From the NCBI GenBank assembly GCA_051294375.1, contig CM119270.1, forward strand, positions 15,223,921 to 15,287,920: DNA of 64,000 nucleotides, in the 5' to 3' direction. Source of the DNA: Paraspadella gotoi. Taxonomy: Eukaryota; Animalia; Chaetognatha. The notes beneath the pieces are model-generated. The model saw nothing but the letters and a program-made list of their open reading frames with translations. It was not told the origin of the DNA and did not search any database. The position numbers and the translations under genes are program-made. This document shows positions 55,239 through 64,000 of this stretch, piece after piece (within the stretch, counting starts at the first letter, position 1; every line of letters starts with the position of its first letter).

Positions 55239-56026
55239 CGTCATTTGGCTTTCAAAAGAATCATACGTGATGCTTTTGGAACGTGAAAACGAGGACGAAG
55301 AAAACAACAACAACAACAAAAACATCAGAGAGAGAGAGAGAGAGAGAGAGAGTCGAAATAAAAGTTGAAACGTCAAAAGTCGAGAGCGAAAAAAGATCGA
55401 TTTCAGAATGGAAATTTTCTCGAAAAAAACGTCAGAGACTCGAACTGGTAGACGATTTCCCTGTCATATAAACGACCCGAGGAAAAGAGAGACCGAATGT
55501 GGGAGGGACGAAGAAAAATAGCGAACCAAAAATTAAGGGAAAAAAATGAAGGGAAGAAAATCCTTTTTTTTCTTTTTTGGTCAAATGAGTTTTCCATGAG
55601 TTTTCGTCTTTTGTTAACGATTTTTCTGGTCATCGCGAGGAAGGCATGACGGATTGGTAGATGGACAGCGTCGACGGACAACGTCAATCGCCATTGCCAT
55701 AGCCATCGCTATGGGTCATCGCTATGAGCCATCGCTATGGGCCATCGCCTGGTGGAATCACGTGACGGGATTTCTTTGAAATATCACTATGGACTAATTT
55801 TTGGTCAAATGTTAATTCGTTTTAGTTACTAATTTTTAATGACATGAATTGCGGATAATAATAATAAAATTCTTTATGAATTTCACACGATAGATATTCG
55901 CAAAATTCGACGTTTAGGTTTAACCTGGTCAGTCATCATTTCTTCTCTTTCAATATTTGAAGTTTCAGGGATAAAAAACCTTTGTTTGTTTTTCGATAAT
56001 CTTATTAACGAAAAATTCAATAGAGA

Positions 56027-56107
<81 letters not shown>

Positions 56108-57204
56108 TATTCATATTCCTCTTTTCCAGATCAGGTCGCCCCGTTCTTCAGCTGCCAAAACTAAAAAAAAGTTTGACCGGCAGAAATTTCAAATTTCTTT
56201 TTTTTTTACCAAGCGGTTTTGTTTTTTCAAGACCACGTTGGGTTTTATTTAATAAAAAGGATTTTAAAAAACCTTTTAATAGAGCCAGAAGTTTGCGTTC
56301 TATGATAGTTCACTTTTTCATAACTCGTTAATATAATTATCGTTGAGTTTGTTTAAATCGAGATTCAATTTTAATCTAGGTTTAAAAATTATTTGTTTTT
56401 AGATAAATTAGTAAAATTGTTATTTTGCCGTTCCCTTTTTCAACATTTTTTATTATTTATTTATTTATTGTTTAGAATTCATATAGTGCAAATAGACAAA
56501 TATTTTTGTCTATTGAGAATATTTTTGTCATACTGGGAATTTCTCAGTTCTTTAAAAAAAATAAATAGTTTTCTTAAACAGTTTTACCTCGAGCTCAAAC
56601 GCGATTTTTCAAACCCCAAAACTACCTCCCCTCTTCACTTTCCCCCACCCACCCTCGACTCGTTCTCTGTTTCCCACACACTCCTCTCCCCCCCACTTCC
56701 GCCCGGCCGTCTCTACTCCAACCATCTCTGCTCGTCAGCCGCGTATGACGGTTACGTTTTTGACGATTTCGTCGGGAGGGGGCGGTGACGGTGACGATGA
56801 CTACGACGACGACGAGAACGACGACGACGAAACCGTCATCGTCGCCCTGTTCTGCCAAAAACCCCACGAGATTTTTTCCCTTATTTTAGTGAGCGTCATC
56901 CGGGGAGTGTAAATTCGTTGTTCTTCTGTTAGCAGTGGTCGATCCCTGGCGTTCCAATAACAGTCCTGATCTTCTCTAACACATAGCAACGTTTTTAACA
57001 AAAGATCAGTGTTTACTTATCGACGCCAAGTATCGCGCGCGTGAGACCTCTCTTTACAGAATGCACGAATGAATGATGAACTGAACTAAAAATTAATGAG
57101 CGCAGTAATTAAATAATTATAAAAAATAATGATTGCATTAATTAATTATTTAATTAATTAATTAATTAATTAATTANNNNNNNNNNNNNNNNNNNNNNNN
57201 NAAA

Positions 57205-57269
<65 letters not shown>

Positions 57270-57279
<10 letters not shown>

Positions 57280-57979
57280 AAATAAATAAATTAATTAATT
57301 AATTTTCTACGTTTGTTTTCTCCCTTCGTTTTCAGGGACTTTCGTTCTGTTTTTTTTTTTCGTGGAGGATTTCGTTTTTGGTTTTTTTTTTTTTGGCGGG
57401 AGAACTTTTTTTTTGTTTTGTTTTTTTTTAAGTTGCGGTAACTTCGTCGTCGTCTTCGTCGTGTATTCGTCGTCGTCGTCGTCGTCGTCTCTGTTCGAAT
57501 CATTTGAGCTCCCAAAACGTCTCCAGCTGCCGAAATACGAGAAAGAGAAAGAAAAAAAAGGAAAAGTAAGGAGAAAGAAAAAGGAAAATAGTTCATTGAA
57601 GGATGTTGAGTGAAAGAGAGGGAAGGAGATGCAGGAGATGCAAGGAGCTGCAGGAAATGCGAAAGAAAAAGATTAATAGACTGGTAGCTTAGAAAAAATA
57701 AAACAAAGAAAGCGAAATAAAGAGGGAAAGAAAAGATCAAAATAGAAAACAAAATATCCGCTTACCTTTTCCAAACCGAAATAGCGACGGTTTTGACATC
57801 ATAAACTCTTCCCTACCAAATAAACCTCACCCGAATCTAACTCACCCTCACGAATTCGATTAAGTTCAACTCTATTCACTCTTTTCTTCCTTCTCGTCTC
57901 ATCTCCGTCGGAAACTCGTTATTTCAATTTGTTCTCCACTTAACTCGAAAATTCCACTCAACTTCGCTCTATGGTCAGG

Positions 57980-58013
<34 letters not shown>

Positions 58014-58039
58014 GGAGAGAGGGAGAGGAGGGAGAGAGG

Positions 58040-58089
<50 letters not shown>

Positions 58090-59920
58090 TTCTTCCAACG
58101 CACTTTCCGCCACTTTAACCCTTCAAGACCCGAATATGTCCATTTTTCTCAATCCTCTTTCGCTCTTTCGCTCAAGCGAAACGGGCGAGGCGCGGCCGGT
58201 TCGGGCGCGGCCGGGTTCGGGCGGCAGGCCGGTGCGGGCACAGTCGGTCGGGCACTCTCGATAGGGACGCCAGAGTAAATTCTCCGGAAGCAAATCTTTC
58301 ACCAAAACAACCTCAATTCTGAACCTTGCAAAGCCCAGGTGAAAGTTAGCATTTCATATATTTTTTAAAAAATTCTTAACTTCTCTATACTTTCGTCTCA
58401 GATTCTGTTTAAAAACCCTTTTGCAAAACCAATGACTTTATGAGAGAACTGTCAGGGAATATTTAAAGAGTTGTTGTTTTCGTTTCGAGCGCCTCGTTCT
58501 TTATTTTACCAAAAGTATTGGCCTCGCTGAATTGTAAACAAAACGCTTTTTTAGTTCTCGATCGCTTGTATTTTCTTCAGTCGTGATTTGCCGCGTAACA
58601 ATTTGTATTCGCTCCCGTTTATTTTTCGTTTTGTTTCACGTATAATTATAATCATAAAATAACTCAATTCCTCTTTTAATATATTTAGGCCTAAATAGCA
58701 TTCGTCAAATTATTACAGGACGTAGTAATAAAAGACGACTATAGGTGGCCATCGGCTTTTGTTCGTTCCCCACGTCTCCTTGTTGCTACTGCTTACCCTT
58801 AAGTGGGGATGTTGGTGCGAGTTTTCATGAGCTAATATGGTTCATATTTGATAAGCATAATTAAGATTAAGATATAAGTTTATCTAAGTGGGGTGTTAAT
58901 TCCATCTTCCTTCACATCCGCGTGGAGTGGATGTAAAGCTAGCATCATTGCACGGGTCCTTGTCACCTGCAAAGCGTGGTGTGGGAGGCCTTGCGCTTAC
59001 TTGGCTTGTTGAGGTATGCCGTTGCGGAGTAGACGAAAAACCCCGGTCCCACTCAGCGTTGAGCTCTATAACTGCCGTCTGCACATGTAGACGAAAAAAC
59101 TCCTGCTCAGCGTTGAGCCTCATAACTGGCGTCCTTGGCGACGTAAAAACAGGAAAACCCCGTTAAAGGAATTACCATGAAATAATATGGAATTCGCACA
59201 TAGCGTCGACTTTTTTTTTGCGCACTTATCTCTCTCTTAAATAAATAAATAAATAAATAAATTAATTAATTAATTTTCTACGTTTGTTTTCTCCCTTCGT
59301 TTTCAGGGACTTTCGTTTCTGTTTTTTTTTTTCGTGGAGGATTTCGTTTTTGGTTTTTTTTTTTGGCGGGAGAACTTTTTTTTGTTTTGTTTTTTTTTAA
59401 GTTGCGGTAAACTCGTCGTCGTCGTCGTCGTCTCTGTTCGAATCATTTGAGCTCCCAAAACGTCTCCAGCTGCCGAAATACGAGAAAGAGAAAGAAAAAA
59501 AAGGAAAAGTAAGGAGAAAAGAAAAAGGAAAATAGTTCATTGAAGGATGTTGAGTGAAAGAGAGGGAAGGAGATGCAGGAGATGCAAGGAGCTGCAGGAA
59601 ATGCGAAAGAAAAAGATTAATAGACTGGTAGCTTAGAAAAAATAAAACAAAGAAAGCGAAATAAAGAGGGAAAGAAAAGATCAATAAGAAACAAAATATC
59701 CGCTTACCTTTTCCAAACCGAAATAGCGACGGTTTTGACATCATAAACTCTTCCCTACCAAATAAACCTCACCCGAATCTAACTCACCCTCACGAATTCG
59801 ATTAAGTTCAACTCTATTCACTCTTTTCTTTCCTTCTCGTCTCATCTCCGTCGGAAACTCGTTATTTCAATTTGTTCTCCACTTAACTCGAAAATTCCAC
59901 TCAACTTCGCTCTATGGTCA

Positions 59921-60015
<95 letters not shown>

Positions 60016-60371
60016 TTCTTCCAACGCACTTTCCCGCCACCTTTAACCCTTCAAGACCCGAATATGTCCATTTTTCTCAATCCTCTTTCGCTCTTTCGCT
60101 CAAGCGAAACGGGCGAGGCGCGGCCGGTTCGGGCGCGGCCGGTTCGGGCGAGGCCGGTGCGGGCACAGTCGGTCGGGCACTCTCGATAGGACGCCAGAGT
60201 AAAATTCTCCGGAAGCAAATCTTTCACCAAAACACCTCAATTCTGAACCTTGCAAAGCCCAGGTGAAAGTTAGCATTCATATATTTTTTTAAAAAATTCT
60301 TAACTTCCTATACTTCGTCTCAGATTCTGTTTAAAAACCCTTTTGCAAAACCAATGACTTTATGAGAGAAC
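57270..60371. repeat. Near-identical 1.1-kb direct duplication (57270-58449 and 59239-60371) with a 0.8-kb unique spacer
   Basis: Both copies start in (AAAT)n and match up to ...GACTTTATGAGAGAAC. Differences are small indels and microsatellite lengths. The first copy abuts a 25-N gap. Confidence 0.92.
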
Positions 60372-60769
60372 CGACAACAAAAGGATTTCACACTCTCCCT
60401 TTCTTCCTTCGAACTTCCTACTTTCCCATTCGCGCACCATCGACCCCATCTCCCCTTTCCTTTCACCAGCATCATCATCATCAGCATCATCATCATTTTT
60501 CTCTCTTTCCTCCTTCATCTCTCCAGTGAGACTCCGCTCTTTCCCCTTACGCCCCTTCGTCACCCCTCTCCAACCCCCCCTCCACTTCCGGCGTCCCCAC
60601 CGCGGCCGGCCGAATTCCCCGCCGGCCGCGACTCAACCCGTCGCCCTTATTTACGGCCAAACTTCCATTTCATTGAGAAAGGTTTAGGGCTCTCTCCGTG
60701 GTTAGACAAACGGTCGAACCCACTCTCTCTCTCTCTTCTTTCTCTCTCTCTCTTCTCTCTTCTCTCTCG

Positions 60770-60878
<109 letters not shown>

Positions 60879-61296
60879 CTCTCTCGCTCTCTCTCTCTCT
60901 CGTTTTCTCTTTCTTTCTTCTTTCGCTCCCCGTCGCGTGGAGAGGGAGTGACGGATTTGGAGATTTTCCCGCCAGAGTCCCCTTCTCTATTTGTCTCTCG
61001 AAGTTTTAAAGATGTTTTCATCGTCGGAGTAGAAAAGAAAAAAAAAGACAAATATCTTTTGGAAAAGTTTGAAATAAAAAAATGAGAAAATCCCGCGAGA
61101 GGTCGCAGGTTGTGCGAAATGAAAAAGGAAGCTGAGCGATCCGTTTATTGTTAAAGATATTGGTGATTGCTAATTAGTGATTACTGATACAACGAGTGAA
61201 ATGAATAAATGTCACTTGATTAAAAAAGAACTAAAAATCATGAAAAGCTTGAGAAAAAAAAAATCAAAATCATACTTTTACAATTTATTAAACGCG

Positions 61297-61541
61297 TCAC
61301 CACGGTATATTTAGAACCAAAATAATTTTTTGAATAAAAAAAAAATTGATTCCAGATTGACGGCTTCTTTCATCGAAATTTACGAGTCTCAGATTCTCTC
61401 GCTTGACGTTTACGACCGCAACTTTTTCTCTTTTTTGCTATAAATTATACTATACTATACTATACTATAAATTAAAAATTAACTAAAGATTGGGAAAGAA
61501 ACTTTCCTCACCCACTTAAGTCGACAAAGAAACGGAGTCAT
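61297..61541 (-). CDS. Tandem paralog of the candidate small gene, 56 aa: join(61541-61512, 61437-61297)
   Basis: MTPFLCRLKW|gtgagg, a 74-nt intron ending ttatag|, then QKREKVAVVNVKRENLRLVNFDERSRQSGINFFFIQKIILVLNIPW*. Confidence 0.33.
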
Positions 61542-61629
61542 TTTGTCGGCCTCTCTTTGATCTTTTCTTTCCACTTTGTTTTGTTTTTTTTTGGAGAAAA
61601 TAAAGATTTCGATGACCAGATTCATAATT

Positions 61630-61921
61630 TTACAATTTATTAAACGCGTCACTACTGTATATATTTAGAACCAAAATAGTTTTTTTAATAAAAAAACAAT
61701 TGGTTCCAGATTGTCGGGTTCTTTCATCCAATTTTACGAGTCTCAAATTGTCTTGCTTGACGTTTACGACTGCAACTTTTTCTCTTTTTTGCTACATGCA
61801 ACAAATTAAAAATTAAACAAAGAAAAGAACATTTCCTCACCCAATGAAGTCGACAAAGAAATGGAGGCATTTTGTCGGCCTCGTCTTTGATCTTTTCTTT
61901 CCACTTTTTTTTAAAATCCAT
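61630..61921 (-). CDS. Candidate small two-exon gene, 80 aa: join(61921-61841, 61791-61630)
   Basis: MDFKKKWKEKIKDEADKMPPFLCRLHW|gtgagg, a 49-nt intron ending tgtag|, then QKREKVAVVNVKQDNLRLVKLDERTRQSGTNCFFIKKTILVLNIYSSDAFNKL*. Splice sites and frame are conserved in the adjacent copy. Confidence 0.4.
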
Positions 61922-62401
61922 TCTATTTTTTTAAAATGAAAAAACAGCTGGAAATCGAGTGAAGTTGGCACCTGTACTGAAGCAATCATTGCACAACAAC
62001 ATCAAAAAAAGAAAGTTTAGAAGTTTAGAATTGACAATTCATCTTATAAAAAAAAAATTCCAAAACATTGTTTTGGAAAACAAAAACAAAACGTTAGGAA
62101 AAACAAAATCTCCACGTTCTTTTGACCTTTTTCCCCCCATGAACTTAACGATAAATTATCGGCTCCCGCCAAGTGTTGGCCTTTCCCGATCGGCTGCGAC
62201 TTTTCGGGTCTCTTTCCGAAATCGGCTCAATTCTCTCGCGACGAAATTTTGTGCGAAACATAAAAAAACAAACAAAAACCGAATATCAAAGTTGAGCGGA
62301 ATAAAAGATTAGTAGAGGCTGAGAGCCACGCCCCCTTTGTGAATCGGCCGGCGCCAGAGAGAGAGAGAGAGAGAGAGAGAAGAAGAGAGTAGAAAGAATG
62401 A

Positions 62402-62485
<84 letters not shown>

Positions 62486-63734
62486 CATTGATCGGCGCCA
62501 ATCTTCCGTGGCGTTCGGGGTCACGTGATCCATTTTTTCTTCTCAATCGATTCTGTTTTGACCCGAAATTCGACCTCGCGACGCCCATCATCTCCAACGC
62601 GACACGCCCACCAAGACCAAGGGGGTTTCGTCGTCGTCGTCGTCGTCGTCGTCGCCTTCGTTGTCCTCGTTGTCGTCGTCTTAGTTGTCGTCGCTGTCAT
62701 TTTTGTCGTCATCGTTGTTATCGTCGATTCGTCGTCATTGTTGTCGTTATTCCCATCGTCTTAGACCTTGCCATCGTTTCATTAGTCATTGAATCACATA
62801 AGGATCTCAAGTATGGTATATCGTTAATTTTTACTGACTAAACAATACTACAATTCACGGACGGCAGTACGAAAGTACCGAAAATGCATTGAATATTTTT
62901 TAAAACGAAAGAAACGTTATAATTGTTGTATAATATAATTCCTTTGTTAAATAAAAATCGGAAAAATATAGACTTTTTCCGCTTTTAATCTTCCCCTAAA
63001 AAAATAACTTTCCTCTTCGACTCGCAAAAGATAATTTTAATTGAAAAGAGAAAAACAGAAGCGACGAAAAGATAAATAATTCGATTTCATTTTTTCTTCT
63101 TTTTTCCTCTTTTCTTCTTTTTTCCAATAACAGAGTTAAGGGGATTAAATCCACCAAGACGCAATTAAAATTAAAGGAGAGACCGGAGTTTTTTTTTCTT
63201 TTTTTTGAATCTTTTATCTGCGTCTCGCAGTCGTTATCTGCGCCGAAATAATAATGGAGGGAAACCAAGGAGGTGAAAAAAAGGGAAAGGGAGGAAGGGA
63301 AGGAAGAAAGGAAAAGAAAAAGAGAGGGAAGGAGGTGAATAAAAGGAAAGGGAGGAAGGGAAAGAGAAAAAGAAAAAGGAAGAGAAGGTGGTGAATAAAA
63401 GGAAAGGGAGGAAGGGAAGGAGGAATAGGGAAAAGGAGGGAAGGTTCGGTTTAGGATGAATAAAGGAAAAGAATGTGGGAATAAAGGATGAACGAGGAAA
63501 GGATAAACAAAAGGTAAATAAATATTTGCTAAATAAACTACCGGGTTATTTTAGCTATATTTTTGATCATTTATTTATTCTAGTGTTTTTCTATTCTCTA
63601 TTTTTATTCATTTTTTTTATTCCTTTATTCGTCTCCAAAGAATTATCAGTCGCTCTGAATGCAAAGCTTTTTTTTGTTAATTTCGAAATTCAATTTTCTT
63701 CTCATTTTCTCCGAAGTTTATCCGGGGAGACGTC

Positions 63735-63873
<139 letters not shown>

Positions 63874-64000
63874 CTCTCTCTCAAATGGAGCCCGTGGGTC
63901 CCTCCGTCGAAAGATTCGCGAAATATCGCAGATAAAAAATTAAATATGCAACAGTTTGCGACACTCGTCTTTGTAGAGCGAAGATGTCGACGACAGAGTC

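Overview
Eukaryotic (animal-like) draft-assembly DNA saturated with (GA/TC)n and (GAC/GAT)n microsatellites and containing ten N-gaps; most ORFs in the supplied track are low-complexity artefacts. The one solid gene is a large minus-strand multi-C2H2 zinc-finger transcription factor. Phase-matched GT-AG junctions join seven coding exons (20379-19825, 19541-19334, 19069-18814, 18547-18478, 18398-18077, 12125-11687, 11230-8080) into a protein of about 1,667 aa with 13 dispersed fingers and several PxDLS-like motifs. Exon 6 needs three 1-nt insertions to read through, most likely sequencing errors. Seven of the 13 fingers share a W(-1)/N(+3)/R(+6) recognition helix, and a perfect AGGTCA DR1+DR5+DR5 array sits just upstream of the ATG. 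The stretch 23.3-29.1 kb is an indel-riddled second copy of the 5' half of the gene, probably a long-read gap-filling artefact. Also present are nested foldback/MITE-like elements (44.9-46.0 kb), several minisatellites, a 1.1-kb duplication (57.3-60.4 kb), a tandem pair of candidate small two-exon genes (61.3-61.9 kb) and a few weak orphan exons. I recognised no RNA genes, CRISPR arrays or autonomous transposon ORFs. No gene symbol is assigned.
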